Translations under genes and position numbers: made by a program
Shown here: positions 41,551-55,480 of the stretch, in pieces
Numbering within the stretch: the stretch's first letter is position 1
How the letters are laid out: each line of letters opens with the position of its first letter
Origin: Eledone cirrhosa
Taxonomy: Eukaryota
Reading direction: 5' to 3'
Length of the DNA: 64,000 nt
Assembly: GCA_964016885.1 (NCBI GenBank)
Contig: OZ024741.1
Coordinates: 319,424,001 to 319,488,000, forward strand
The notes under the pieces: generated by a model
What the model was told of the DNA's origin: nothing
Database searches by the model: none
Seen by the model: the letters and a program-made list of their open reading frames with translations, nothing else

Positions 41551-41598
41551 AACATTTGAAAAGATGGCTTTTGCAGACCCATCGAAACCGGTCATTTT
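41551..41598 (+). ncRNA. Hammerhead U3-A8 variant
   Basis: AACAT-TTGAAAA-GATGG..CCATC-GAAA-CCGG-TC-ATTTT (stem I has one mismatch). Confidence 0.6.
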
Positions 41599-41727
41599 TT
41601 ATACTCTTTATTATTTCCTTACCTTATAAAATTATATGTTTTTTCACAAAAAAGTATTCTGTCTCTTATATATTCCATGTGCCATTACCAACCTCAATTT
41701 TCTCTCTCTCTCTCTATATATATATAC

Positions 41728-41772
<45 letters not shown>

Positions 41773-41773
41773 A

Positions 41774-41813
<40 letters not shown>

Positions 41814-41823
41814 ATACATATAC

Positions 41824-41892
<69 letters not shown>

Positions 41893-42345
41893 TATGTGTG
41901 TGTCTGTGTGTGTGTGTGTGTGCGTATGTGTGCATGTGAGTATACATAGTCAACACAAAATTCGTCGTCAATAAATCATGTATTGTAGACATTTCATAGA
42001 TTTCAAACAATCACTCCTCTTCACCCACATCATTCCCCCCCACACACATGAGGACACACAACACATACATATAGATAATTAGATGAAATAAACGAAAAAA
42101 TATATAATATATATATATATATATACGCACCCACATCCCTATATATATATATATATATATACAATGATATTAAATAAATGGAAACTATATTTATAAAACC
42201 ATATTTATTTTATTATATATATTTCAAGGGTACCAAGACAACATTGGTACGCTTTCATCAGATAAAATACAAAGTTTGTTTTATAAATAGAGACATACCC
42301 ATGAAAATCATACCTTATCGGTTGGAAATTCACTGGATAGTCCAG

Positions 42346-42385
<40 letters not shown>

Positions 42386-42427
42386 ATATACACTTAATCA
42401 TATGAACACGCATATACATATGATTAA

Positions 42428-42630
42428 ATATATATATCATTTATTATGGCTAAGTGATGAGTCTTGTTACTCTGGACTTGCACCTGTGTACTCAGAGGAT
42501 CATCACTTTGTTTGATGATCCTCTGAGTACATAGGTGAAACTCCAGAGTAACAAGACTCATCACTTAGTCATAATAAATTATATTTAGACTCTACTCCGT
42601 TATTGAGTACTTATTCTCACGTCCGTCAAT
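42428..42630 (+). mobile_element. Palindromic PLE mini-element X'-X-Y with hammerhead 42508-42554
   Basis: Arms centred near 42508; TTGT-TTGATGA-TCCT..AGGT-GAAA-CTCCAGAG-TA-ACAA; tail with ATTGAGTACT. Confidence 0.7.
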
Positions 42631-42635
42631 ATATA

Positions 42636-42750
42636 TACGAGGTGTGTCAGAAAAGTTCCAGGACTGATGTCACAAAAGATTTATTTCAAACCCAAACTTC
42701 ACACTAAGAGTTTTCTCCTTCAAAATAATCCCCTTGGAGTATGTAACTGT
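42636..42750. mobile_element. Mariner-like terminal fragment
   Basis: TA-CGAGGTGTGTCAGAAAAGTTCC..TCAAAATAATCCCCTT resembles a mariner end. Confidence 0.45.
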
Positions 42751-43046
42751 AATCTTAGCTCTCTGCAGCGATCAAACTTTTTTCTTCATAATTTTATATA
42801 CATGTCCTCTGTTTCAGGTCGTCAAACAATTTTTTAAGGGGAAACCTTAAGAGATTATTGAAAAAAGTAAATAAAAATACGAAGGACATAGTTTCATGGT
42901 CATCGGTCGTTGAGATAAACTTTAGCAGTTTTGACCCATATACTGCTGGTCCACAGGGTGTCACAGCGTCTGACATCAGCCAAACGTTGTCCAGTGGAGT
43001 AAGAGACGAGACAAAACATTAATATATAGCAATTAAACTAAGTACA

Positions 43047-43088
<42 letters not shown>

Positions 43089-43316
43089 GAGGGACATAAT
43101 TAGCTCACTGATTACAATGAAATATAGTAATGGCTGCTGCTTGCATTAATGCAAACGGGCAATATCTAGAACATTTAATGCAACTATATAAACTTACATA
43201 AATTGACTCTGTATTACTTTTAGATTCAAGTGTAATGTCTCTAATGTTTCTTTTTTATTCTTACCAGTCAACTAATTCCTCTAGTTTTGTTCTCCTTTGA
43301 TTCCAGCTTAGCTAGT

Positions 43317-44447
43317 ATGAGCTGCAGCACAGTGGCGTCCAGTCCAGTTGCCAATATACCAGATGCAGTCACCCAGCGTACAATTCTGGAACAGTTTTTC
43401 GAACGGCGTTTTGTGGAGGGCGAGTTCTGGTACATCATCATTGCCGAATGGCTGGAGCAATTGAAACGTTTCTTAGGCATGCAGACTCGAAAATTTTACC
43501 ATCAACAACGTGTGCAACCCGGACCGATCTTCACGCGTCGCGACTACGCCCACACAGTCGATGTGGTGCATGAGGACGCCTGGCGAATGCTGGTTCAATG
43601 GTACGGCGTGGCTGAAGGTCACAAACCGATGAAGTTGGTCGTCTACAACTACAGTCGCGCCCCCGACCTGGAACACAATCAGAATTCATTCAAAGTCATG
43701 CTGTGCAATGCTCAGATTGAAGACTTTCAAATCATGCGCTTCAGTAAAATGGAGAAAGTTGGTCATATCGAATGGAAAATTCGAGAACTATACATGATAC
43801 CTTCCGTCCAGAAAACCAGATTGTGGGCCAAAGCCGACTGCGACAGCGAGTGGCAGACTCTTTTCTTCAGAGATAAATCTATTGGTAAATGTCTAGAGAT
43901 TGATTCTGACTTCACCCGTCCTATCATCGCCCTGGAGATTTCTATTGGCGATAATGTGTGGAAGAACAATCCGGAGGGGACAGAAACAGTTGATACCCAA
44001 CCTTCGGGTCCTCTTTATCAACACAGTATTTTCGAAGATGTTACGAGTTCTTGGGAGGTCGATATTCATGATCAAATTGACAACCTCGGGAAAGACTTCA
44101 TGGAAAAATTACATTTGAATTTCAGTGCGTTTGTACAGCGTGCCAAAGACTATGTAGACATTCGGGAGAACCAGCTGCGAGATAGGGAGAGATTGGTGGC
44201 TGAACGAGAAACCAGTGTTGAGATGAGCACGGAGAAGGTTACTGAAAAGGAAGAAGAACTAGCTAAAGATCAACTAGCGATGAAGAAGAAAATGCAAGAT
44301 TTTGAGTCATATCAGAAATGTATTGAGAAAACATTCGCTGAAAAGGTTGAGAGCAAGGAAGAGTCGTTGAGATTAAAGATTGAGGAATTTGAGAAGAGTA
44401 AAAAGGAGTTCGAAGAAGAACAGGCGAGATTCCGCGATGAATTGAAA
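43317..44447 (+). CDS. Coding exon 1 of DUSP-UBL-coiled-coil-BTB protein (DUSP, UBL, coiled coil)
   Basis: Acceptor TTTGATTCCAG (43306), ATG 43317; [39 protein letters not shown] (DUSP); [26 protein letters not shown] (USP15-like UBL); E/K-rich heptads; donor AAA|GTAAGT, phase 0. Upstream exons possible. Confidence 0.85.
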
Positions 44448-44513
44448 GTAAGTTAATACATACATACATACATAGATGTATATATACATAAATTCATATA
44501 TACATAAATACCC

Positions 44514-44549
<36 letters not shown>

Positions 44550-44602
44550 ATTTATGTATATATACACACACATATATATATATATATATGTATATATGTA
44601 TA

Positions 44603-44652
<50 letters not shown>

Positions 44653-44655
44653 TAT

Positions 44656-44855
44656 AGGCTTAAAAATGGAATGAAAATAAGAAGGCAAGAACGGGAGGGG
44701 AGTTTTCCTCATCAGTTGTCTACTGGGGGTCTCGGATGAAATATCTGAGACCTCCAGTAGACAACTGATGAGGAAAACTCCCCCTCTCCGTTTTGGCTTT
44801 CTTCTTATTCTCATTCCATTTTTAAGCCTAACTTAACACACCCATCCTATTCTCC
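44656..44855. mobile_element. Intronic palindromic mini-element (X'-X-Y)
   Basis: ~80-bp arms 44656-44735/44741-44829 after (TA)n, short tail. Confidence 0.65.
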
Positions 44856-44860
44856 ATACA

Positions 44861-44962
<102 letters not shown>

Positions 44963-45629
44963 CTTATTGCTAAGGCAAACACCATATATGCATATATGCC
45001 TGTAGATAAGAAGACCATTTCACCCTAAAAATGCATAAAAAATAAGGAATCATCTCATACTGAAGGTATAAAATGTAAACCGTAACACCTGTAATGCCCA
45101 ATAAGTCTTTAACATGGGTAATAGTTGGCAGTAAGTTAACCCATGCCTTATAACGCCGAGTCGTCATATAAACTCACATATACTGTATTATAGAACCGAA
45201 TGTTCAACGGACTTATCTACACACGAATTTAGTTCACATCTTTTCGTTCATTCTTCTAGAATTACTTAAATATGAACCAGTAAAATTTACTTTGCCACCG
45301 CGATAAATGTGAGTACGTACCCCTATGTTAAAAATACTTAATAGTTTTTAACGGCCCAGTAGCTTCTATGACCCTTTCCATGGCACCCGAGACTGATAAG
45401 AGGAATGGGTAAGTTATCCCCAGATCTGAGACCTGGCCTGAATGTTTGCAATATTATGGACTCCACAAAATACACTCAAGGATCTCGTATTGGTGTTAAT
45501 ACAGGCGATAGATTAAGCCTACAAGAGGCTTAAAATGTATTGGTATAATATTTTATCTTGTACTTGTACAATCTGAGTTCAAATACTGCCGAGAACAAAT
45601 GTAACCTTTCATCTGTAGTAGTCCATATA

Positions 45630-45845
45630 TTGGCTTCTAATTTAGGCACAAACCAAAAATTTTGGGTGAGGGGAAAGTCGATTAAATCGACCCCTGTGTG
45701 TTACTGGTACTTTATTTTATCGACCCAGTGAGGATGAAAGGCAAAGCTAACCTCAGCAGGCTTTGAACTTAGAACGTAAAACGCCGTAACTATATGTCAC
45801 CAAGCATGTTGTCAGTCATTCTACCGATACACTACCAATCTTCCA
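45630..45845 (-). mobile_element. tRNA-SINE in intron
   Basis: Reverse-complement core. Confidence 0.75.
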
Positions 45846-46149
45846 TCTTAGTAATAGTTCATATATTAAAGAATAATAATATATTTGAGATGAAGTCAAA
45901 TGACTTGTATATGTCTTCCCTGTAAACATTATGTTAGTGAATAACCAAAAGAAATGTATTCTTTAAATATAAAGTAATAGTTTCGAATATAGCGGTAGAC
46001 GTATCTATCAATACCAATTATTATATATTGTCATGGGTTCAGAATTAAACAAGTGGTTTTTAAGTCTTATTTTATTTGTCGTCCACTTTCGAGCAAATAA
46101 ATATATTTTGGCAAATCTTGGGAATAAATTTAAAAATGTATAGAAAAAA

Positions 46150-46184
<35 letters not shown>

Positions 46185-46189
<5 letters not shown>

Positions 46190-46500
46190 ATAAATTAACG
46201 GAGGTATAGGCCCTCGCTACTCCCTGTAAATAATGTGCTCAAAGGAGAAGAGATCCTGAGCTCTTTAAAATACAATATGTTGAAAAGGTAACACACCAGA
46301 GAGAGATATACAGTGCGTTATCAATAAAACAGGGAAAAAACCCACCAGTGTCTGGAATCTATAACCTATGAAAGGCAGACTATAGACACGATAATTAAAA
46401 ATATAAATTAAAGCGTAAATAAATACCTCTATAACAATTTTTCCCTGTTTTATTGATAACGCACTGTATATCTCTCTCTGGTGTGTTACCTTTTCAACAT

Positions 46501-46507
<7 letters not shown>
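46185..46507. mobile_element. Intronic fold-back mini-element (Y'-X'-spacer-X) in (TA)n
   Basis: ~68-bp inverted arms 46271-46339/46438-46507. Confidence 0.65.
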
Positions 46508-46557
<50 letters not shown>

Positions 46558-47350
46558 AGAGAGAGAGAGAGAGAGAGAGAAGTAATTATTAACATTATTA
46601 ACTATTACTTTTTAAAACAATAAATGAAGCATAGTTTTCAAGGTTTTGTATTTAGAATTTCAGTTCGTAATATGAACACGTTAAAGTGAATATGAATCCT
46701 TCATAGTGGAACGGAGATAAATACCCCAGAGACTGAGAAACAGATTCTATTGTTGATTAAGCTCAATTGTTTCTCATAGTAAACAACTCGGAAAAAGATG
46801 AGCTTTACAACACAGACCAGTCTTGAAACTCTAAACGGAGAGTAATTTTTAATGTAGTGATCCAAAACCACATTAAAATTATAACACATAAATAAAAAGT
46901 GAGAGTGAGAGCAAGCTAACATTTAAATAATTTAAAAGAGCAGTTTGCCTGTGATTCTATATAAAATCGTACAAAGAGATTCTTGATTGTTCTTTAACAT
47001 TTCACACAACATTTCACACAACATTCTTTAACATTTCACATTGATGAAGCCTTACGCGGTCATACAACATATAGAAGTGGCAGCTAAATACCCTCAAAAT
47101 TAGCTTTCGGCCTTAAAAAATAAAGGGCATGTAAAAAATGCAGTCATAGATATATAAAATAAAACATGATAGGCACAGATGGAATGGCATTGACTATATG
47201 TCTTGCTAGCCAGTGATGACATGGGGTTAAACAATACATCATATTAAGGCGAAATTTTCTTTGAGGAGCCATTGACTTATTAAATGTTGTTTCTATCCAT
47301 ATGTGTTTATATATTTCCTCACTCACCATATTTCTATCTCTCTTCTTTAG

Positions 47351-47776
47351 CGTATGGCCGAAATGAACAAAATCCAAGACAACCGAATAAAACTAGACAT
47401 CGGTGGAATTCAGTTTACCACGTCGCTGCTTACTCTTAGGAAAGATATGACATCGATGTTGGCAGCTATGTTTAGCGGACGCCATCTTATCAAAACAGAA
47501 AACGACGGTAGTTATTTCATCGACCGTGATGGCACTCATTTCCGGTACATTTTGAACTACTTGAGAGACGGTGGTTTGAAAGAAGGAACCCTACCGATGA
47601 CAAACGAAACTGCACTCAAAGAACTTCTTATTGAAGCCGAATACTATCAATTGATTGATCTCATAGATTGTCTCCAGAATATTCTACAGAAGAAAGAAGA
47701 CAAAGATACAAATGAAAAAGAAACGGAGAATGTGAAAGACGAAGAAAAAGAAAAAGAAACTGAAACTATTGGATAA
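47351..47776 (+). CDS. Coding exon 2: KCTD-type BTB/POZ (T1) domain with acidic tail
   Basis: Polypyrimidine acceptor TCTTCTTTAG|CGT, phase 0 matching exon 1; IKLDIGG..FTTSLLTLRK..SMLAAMFSGRH..DGSYFIDRDGTHFRYILNYLRDG..LLIEAEYYQL. Confidence 0.9.
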   Translation, partial: RMAEMNKIQDNRIKLDIGGIQFTTSLLTLRKDMTSMLAAMFSGRHLIKTENDGSYFIDRDGTHFRYILNYLRDGGLKEGTLPMTNETALKELLIEAEYYQLIDLIDCLQNILQKKEDKDTNEKETENVKDEEKEKETETIG

Positions 47777-48174
47777 ATTGGAAGAAAAGAGACAAAAGGA
47801 AATACAATATGATAAGTGTTCTTGCAGAGAACAACTCAATAAGCTTGTTTTGATGAAGAGATGGTAATTTATGAAGAAAATATAACACACAAAAACAATA
47901 ACACATAAACAGCAACAGCAAATAAAATATATCTATCGCATAGAAATACTAGTGGATCAGTACCGCAAAAAGGTAACTGATAAAGCAAGGTTCTTTAGTT
48001 TGCTTCTATTATAATCTTAAAATTTCGACATAATTCTCAAATTCGCTTTTGGAATAAGACCATGTTTTGTTCTTTTTTCAAATCTCGCTTTTATTTTCAT
48101 AAATATTACAAAAAACCCCAGAACAACGCAGAAGTTACAAAGATATTGTCGAATGCAATAGTTTATACCATATA

Positions 48175-48290
<116 letters not shown>

Positions 48291-49003
48291 CTTAACTAAA
48301 TAATTCGTATATATTTATATATATATAAATCATTTAGTTTAAATACATTAATAATAATTAAAAAAAGAGCTAAGCCAACTTCAATGTTTAAAAATGTTAA
48401 TAGGAGATTCATTTTCTTTTCAAATACAACATAACACCAAGAACCATTTGTGGAAAGACTGTACTGAATGCACCGCACATGAAAGCATTGTATTATTGGT
48501 ACAAACAAACGTAGCGCTTTATATGTACTTTGAAGGATTTCTTCTATCCAAATTATTTGTTGCTGTTTCCTTCTTTTTCTTCTCTAAACGATCTTATACA
48601 ATACATGATCGAATCACGCCGTAGACGGTAGTGTTTTGTTGCCAGTTCGCGTATAGGTCTAGTTAGCATATTATGGCAACTTATACAGTCTGTTGATTGT
48701 TTAGTCCAATATTTAACCTTTCTTCATTTTATATGACAAAAAAATAAGAATTAAAATGAAAGGTTATGGATAAAATGTCTGAAGCGGATGCTTCCTCGAG
48801 ATTTCTCACTAGTTTCACAATTAAATATTAATTGAAACTGGTTCATACTAAGGTGAGTTTCCTCACTAACCTGTGATCTATTTATTGAAAAAAACCAACC
48901 AGCTTTTAACTTTGATAAACCGAATGAGAAAGAGAGAGAGAAAGAGACAATAAAAAAATGAGTGAGTGACTGAGTAAGAGATAGATAGATAGAGCGAGAG
49001 TAA

Positions 49004-49043
<40 letters not shown>

Positions 49044-49266
49044 ACGGGAGAGAGAGAGAGAGTGAATGGGTGATTCTATATTTTGTATCATGAAATGTTA
49101 TGAGACTTATTTTATATTTCTTTTATATCATGGCGTGATATCTGACTTATTTTATATTTATTTATATCATCGTATGATATATAATCTTTATATATTGTAA
49201 AAAGATATTCATGTATTATTTTATTTTAGATATAAAACTTTTTTATTTGTTTACTATTCTTATTGT

Positions 49267-49343
<77 letters not shown>

Positions 49344-49344
49344 T

Positions 49345-50285
49345 CACCACTGCCTGCCTTTTCCGCCCAAAAGAAGAGGGCGGGGCGATCTTCACGAAGG
49401 AGTCAGTTGATTCTCGGATTCGTCCTACACGCGACAACAGCTGTTCAACAAAATTCTACAAGTCAGCAATCCCCGGATACTGGTCGAATGCATGCAGAAC
49501 GGTGTCGCTTCAGTAATGGGACTTCTCCCTTCCACAAGATGTTGGCCCACCAATGCTTCTAGTAACCGGGTCCCTGTCTATAAAACCTATCTAAGTCGAC
49601 TGTACGGATCCAAAATTTGTGGTTTTTATAGTCGCCTACTTTGAATTATGGACAACCTATGCCAGCCTTATCTACTTCCCTACAAAATATCCTATCTAGA
49701 TACGATCTGGATGATCCGATGCGGTGTGTCCATGTCCACATTGGCACATTCGAGAAATCCAGCCGAGAAATGTCAGACAATTGGAAATGGCTGAGCAGGT
49801 TTGAGAGGTTTTGCACCCTCCTCCTCTATCTGGTAGTCCCACACAATTCCAGCGTGCATCCAAGATACCGCCCCAGTCACCCACTAAAGAGCGGGACGTT
49901 CTTAGAAAGGTTTCGAAGCGCCTGAAGAAATCAAGCCATCCTGCCTCCGTCGTAGCATAGATAAGCCATTAGCCTGCAATCATACCCTTCGCTGCTTCTC
50001 ACGTTCAGAAGCACCAGCTTACCTTCTGAGTCAAGGAAAACGGTCCATATCGTGAGAGCCAAGCCTTTCCGAAACAACACCGCAACTCCACCACCAGATC
50101 CCCGACAGCTTGGAGATGCGTAAACCACGTAGAGAATAGGTATGAAGACTCATGCCTTAGAAATTCTGGTCTCACGGATGGCCACCACATCTATCTTTAG
50201 TGACCTGAGGTCGTTGAGCAGGTGGTCCTGCTTCCAAGATGATACTAGACCACGTGTATTTATATTGCCTATTCTGAGAAAGGGC
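49345..50285 (-). mobile_element. Internally deleted, decayed Tx1/L1 ORF2 (AP endonuclease plus C-terminal piece)
   Basis: LRIGNINTRGL..DVVAIRETR, SGGGVAVLF, MGDW; C-terminal LSRVGRIRESTDSFVKIAPPSSF homologous to the 30.9-32.6k LINE. Confidence 0.8.
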
Positions 50286-50837
50286 TTGTTAGATAAAGAA
50301 TAGAAAAAGTGAGAAAGGTTTACTTATGTTACTGATTTCAGCCATCAGACTACGGCGATGCTGGGGCAACGCTATATGAAATGGAAATCCTGTCTCATCC
50401 ACCAGATATATAGGACTTTTATCAACTCACGTTATATTTGTTTTGTACGCTCACTGGAATTTCATATGCAGCTTGTTATTTTTTTTTTTAAATTGGACGC
50501 GATGACAATGCAGTAGCCTTACTATAGGCGGGACTTCAGTACAGTGGAGAAAACAACCTAAAACACTTCAATATTAAATAGAGGCATGGAATATGAATAG
50601 AACTTGCGATCATTGCTATAGATATATTCTATGATTCTTTAACAATACTTAGATTCTAAGCATTGTTAAAGAATCATAGAATATATCAATAACACTTATT
50701 TCTAAGCCTTAGAAATAAGTGTTAAAAGAAACAAGGGAGAATACTCTGGAATGACTATGAAGAATAAGTAGTGAAAGTGATTGTCTGAATTCGGCACAAA
50801 CTGTGTGCGCACACACGCATACACACACAGTACTAAT

Positions 50838-50945
50838 AATTGTTTCTACTTTTGGCACAAAGCCAGCAATTATCCCAGTGCATTACTGGTACTTTATTTT
50901 TTCGACCCCATAAGGATGAAAGACAAAGTTAACCTTGGTGGGATT
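50838..50945 (-). mobile_element. tRNA-SINE 3' part
   Basis: Reverse-complement core. Confidence 0.7.
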
Positions 50946-51429
50946 TTAGTGCCAGATTGACCATTGTGCTTAGGATGGGGTGGCGTCTTCCTGCCAAAAA
51001 TATTTTTTACCTCTTTCACGGCCCAAATAAGGGGCCACATAACTTAACTAGCACATGGCCTCGTTTGCCCTAAATCCAGCACTGAGCATAGCATACAATG
51101 TATGTTATGTATGGCCTCGTAAATTTTGATAGAGTCGTACGGGTGCCATCAAGACATACATCATGGGCATTTAAAATCTGGTGGAGCCCAGCCCTTCTTC
51201 AGGTCTGAACAGCTGCTTTCTTCAAACGAAGGAAAGAGGGAGAAATAGAGAGAGAGAGAGCTAAAGATTGAGATAGAAGAAGTGAGAAAGTGATATAGAT
51301 AACAAATATATCCCAATATTTGTTTATCAATCTCGGTGGGATTAGAACTTGAGATCAGAGAAGACCGGAATGATATAGCGCAAATCATTCTAACCGACTT
51401 TCTGACCACTCAGCAATTTCATATAATAT

Positions 51430-51620
51430 AATTGTTTCTACTTTTGCCACAAAGCCAGCAATTATCTCAGTGTATTACTGGTACTTTATTTTATCGACCC
51501 CATAAGGATGAAAGACAAAGTTAACCTCGGCGGTATTTGAACTCAGAATGGCAAGGAGTAACTCTATGCGTGAAAGCATGGCGCCCGACCCTCTACCGAT
51601 AATGAAAATCCACCGCCATA
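51430..51620 (-). mobile_element. tRNA-SINE
   Basis: Reverse-complement core and head. Confidence 0.8.
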
Positions 51621-51675
51621 ATGTATCACATAATATAACACACACATACACGCCCCATATATATATATATATATA

Positions 51676-52343
51676 TGTAATCTGAGTTTTTCGAATATTA
51701 ATAATAACATTCGATTCGTTTACAATTATGCAAACAAGCCTCATTTTTATAGCCATGTCAGTAGAATGAACTCTTTATTCTTGCTCTTGTGTTGGCATGT
51801 GAACAGAACTGCAGACACTAATGTTTCTGGGTATCACCCTTCATCAGTACAGCTCACTGTTCACCTGCCAACTGTCAGAGCTAGTGAAAATATATGCTAT
51901 TTTCAAAAATATACAGTGACTGATCGGCCTGATTTGCATATTAGCAGACTGGCTGAACAGTCAGATCTGCATATTAGCAGATCCACTGATCAGCCAGATT
52001 TGCATCTCAGCAGACTGGCCAGTCAGTTTCCTGTATACGAGCGATAAATGGCCGGCTTTGCCAAATTCAAATAAAAAAAAGAAAATGTTCGCTCTACATG
52101 GCTGAATACAATAAATGTAATCTGAGGTTTTCGAATATAAATAATAACATTCGATTCGTTTGCAATTATGCAAACAAGCCTCATTTTTATAGCCATGTCA
52201 GTAGAATGAACTCTTCATTCTTGCTCTTGCGTTGGCATGTGAACAGAACTGCAGACACTAATGTTTCTGGGTATCACCCTTCATCAGTACAGCTCACTGT
52301 TCACCTGCCAACTGTCAGAGCCAGTGAAAATATATGCTATTTG
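51676..52343 (-). repeat. ~230-bp direct repeat (period 440 bp), each unit with a hammerhead-like core; pLTR-like
   Basis: 51676-51903 ~ 52116-52343; minus strand CTGATGA-AGGGT(GAT)ACCCA-GAAACATTA in both. Confidence 0.65.
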
Positions 52344-52404
<61 letters not shown>

Positions 52405-52750
52405 AGGAAAAGAATGACTTCACTTGTAGTTCTAAACAATTTGATTTAATTTTATAATATCATGATTTGGTAGATGTAGTAAGTTCTTAGTTAACTTCGG
52501 TGGGAAGAATTGTAAAGATTCCTGGTTAACTTTCCTGGAGAACTTTCTCGCATTCGTCAGTGGCGATTGTCAAACTGAGAGGATGTTTTTCCAATTTATA
52601 TATATATGTATATATATATATAAATGATGATGATGATATCTTTATATATATATATATATGTATTTAAAAGGTAAACAGAAACAACAACACAATCGGTACA
52701 GTATATGGAAGGGATATATTAGGTTAACGCTTGATATAGCAGGAATAGGG

Positions 52751-52786
52751 TCTTAACGTTTCGGACGCTAGTCCTTCATCAGAAGA
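52751..52786 (-). ncRNA. Minimal type I hammerhead ribozyme
   Basis: Minus strand TCTT-CTGATGA-AGGAC(TAGC)GTCC-GAAA-CGTT-AAGA. Confidence 0.78.
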
Positions 52787-53016
52787 AAGAATGAGAAATA
52801 AGATAGATTGAGGGGACGGGCGGGATGGAATTGGAAAAAATGTCTTTAGATAAAAATAACAGGTCCATTCATGTTGACATCTCTTGCAAAACTGTTGGTG
52901 TTGGCGTTTTGTGTATGATTTATTTTTTAGAAAAGTGGATGATGGAGCGCGTCTACCTGAAATGAAAAAAAAAACCGTTTTGTAAAAAGAGATATACTTG
53001 TGCACGTGCGTAAGCA

Positions 53017-53086
<70 letters not shown>

Positions 53087-53652
53087 AAACGTCCGTACGA
53101 AGCTAAGAAGAAATGTGTATGTATATGTGAGTAAAAGAGTGTGTGTGCATGTAAGTACGAAGCTATGTTAATGATCAAGAGAAGATGTTAATGATCAAGG
53201 GAAAGCGATAAGGATCTAGAGTGTGATAATGGAAGGGGTATAAGAGAAATTGGGGAGCTGAATAGGTGAACATCGATTTGATTTCGTGCACATACCCTTT
53301 CTTATCGCAGTAATTTGCCTGCATATTAACTTCTCTGCCATAGGTCCTTAGATGATTACATAGTCGCAACATTTAAAAAAAATTTTAATGACAAATGTGG
53401 CATTTAAATTTGATTAAATATATCATCAATTGGGATTGAGTCCTTGTGCATGCAACTAACATGGATTGTTGACACGACAGTAGATGTACACATCATTGCA
53501 CGCATTTCCCCCGCCCTTATTTTTAACCCTATTTTTGTGTATATTTGGGTCGAGTGCTGATTTGAAAAGTAGCAACAATTCTAATTAATCAATAATTTGC
53601 TATTTTGATACAAACATAATAACAATATTATTGTTATAAATATATTACACAA

Positions 53653-53870
53653 GGCAGTGGATTGGTAGTATCGGTAGAGCGTCGGACAATATACTTTACA
53701 ACATAGAGTTACGGCCTTTTACGTTCTAAGTTCAAATCCCGTCGAGGTTAGCTTTGCCTTTCATCCTGGCGGGATCGGTAGAGTTAAGTACCAGTAACGC
53801 AATGGGGTCGATTTAATCGACTTTCCCCACGCTCCAAAATTGTTGGCCTTGTGCCTAAATCAGAATCAAT
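53653..53870 (+). mobile_element. tRNA-SINE
   Basis: Head GTGGATTGGTAGTATCGGTAGAG, B box GTTCAAATCCC, core. Confidence 0.8.
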
Positions 53871-54239
53871 ACATTACATGCTATAGATGGTGGTGGATTG
53901 ACAGCATTGTTAGAGCATTGAACAAAATGATTTGCAGAATTTATTACGAAACTTTACGCTTACGAAAACCGCCGAAGTCAACTTGACCTTTCGTCTTGCC
54001 AGTGTCAATAAAATAAAATAACACTAAACTGTTATTTCCTCTCCTCTCAATTTGCTAGCGTTCTACCTTAAAACTACCAATATCCGTATATTTTAGCACA
54101 GAAGCTTAGAGTGCACTACGTTAAACCCTATGTTAATAGTAACTAACAAAACCAAACAAACAAAAATGAAAAAAAAACAAAAAGCTTAAAACAAATTGAT
54201 CACATAATTAGCTCCACTTTCTAGAATGAAATGTACCAG

Positions 54240-55480
54240 AATTATCACATTGAAGATTCCAGCAGTATAATCTGCCATCATGTGAGTATCTCACCTTCCT
54301 TATTATCTCTATTCAATAAAATAGTTTTCTTTGCTTTTCGCTTAAATCAACAAGCTTTTCTTTAAATCGATCGAACTGTATTTGAATATAAGGAACCTTG
54401 ATGATCATGTTTAAAGCCAAGCTCTTTTGAAATGAAGAGTCTGTCGATAGACTTATATTTGCTAAGAATTTTTTTGACAACTAGAACAAACGAAGAACAA
54501 ACACAGTTTCACGTTGTCAGTTGAATCTAAGAAATTGTGATCTTTAATACACTGTCTTATCTAAAGATCATAAAAATTCTTTTATTATAGTTTTCCGTAC
54601 TTAGTCTAATATTTTTACTGCATAGGTAGCTAAAACAAACATCTTTACACATTGCTTCATCAGACTACACTTGGCAGCAAGATTATTTTCTCTATCTAAC
54701 AAATGTTTATTGATACCGTTCCTTTTTCAAACTTTAACATCATCTCTCAAAAGTCAACCTTTTCTTATACAGTAGTTATCTTTGGCTCTGTTGTCCCAAT
54801 GACATAAAAAACGTGGATAATTTGTGGCAATTTTGTTGATCAAAGAGATTTATCACCATCTTTTGGTCTACACAATTCACTAACTGATGATCCTGATACA
54901 TCACCGTTTGCAATACTTGATTGATGGTCTCCTGCTCTCCCTTTGTAGTGATAGACTCGAGCCCCATTTGTTGCCGTTGCACAGAAGGAGACATTATAAA
55001 CCCCACATTTAACTGTCAATGGGTGTATTCCAAATCACCCATTTTCCTCAAAAGGTTTTCAACATTATTGCAAAACACCTAGGTTGTTGTTTTTAAAGGA
55101 CTGCAAATATAATTTCTACAACGATAAGACAAAATCTTTGTTCACAATGAAGTAATTTGTTTTTATTCAGTCTGGAGGCAAGCAATTCAGAAGAATTCCT
55201 TGTTTGAAGAACAGATTCTTGATAAGGTCACTCAGTTAAAATTGTTTGGAACATGAAGCAATCGATGAAGTTCTTAAAATTATTGTCAATTATTCCATAC
55301 GTTTTACCATGTTGTATATTGTTAGAAGTGGCTGATCCATAATCATAATTTAAGAGCTCTGGCAGGTGGCTGAAAGTCGGAACGGGCGTATCATTTACAT
55401 GCAGATCAGGTCTTTCTGCTAGTTCAAGTTAATATATATCAATCATTTTGAATCATGTACAAACTTTTCACCCTTATATA
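54240..55480 (-). pseudogene. Decayed CMC-Chapaev3-type DNA transposase
   Basis: Fragments LSDLIKNL..SSELLASRL, VFCNNVENLLRKMG, YQDHQLVNCVDQKMVINL..QQ, LMKQ, HMMADY.CWNL in the expected order. Confidence 0.65.

Noticed and set aside
44765-44800. CTGATGAGGAAA as a hammerhead core
   Set aside because: No stem II between the core and GAAA and no convincing stem III or stem I
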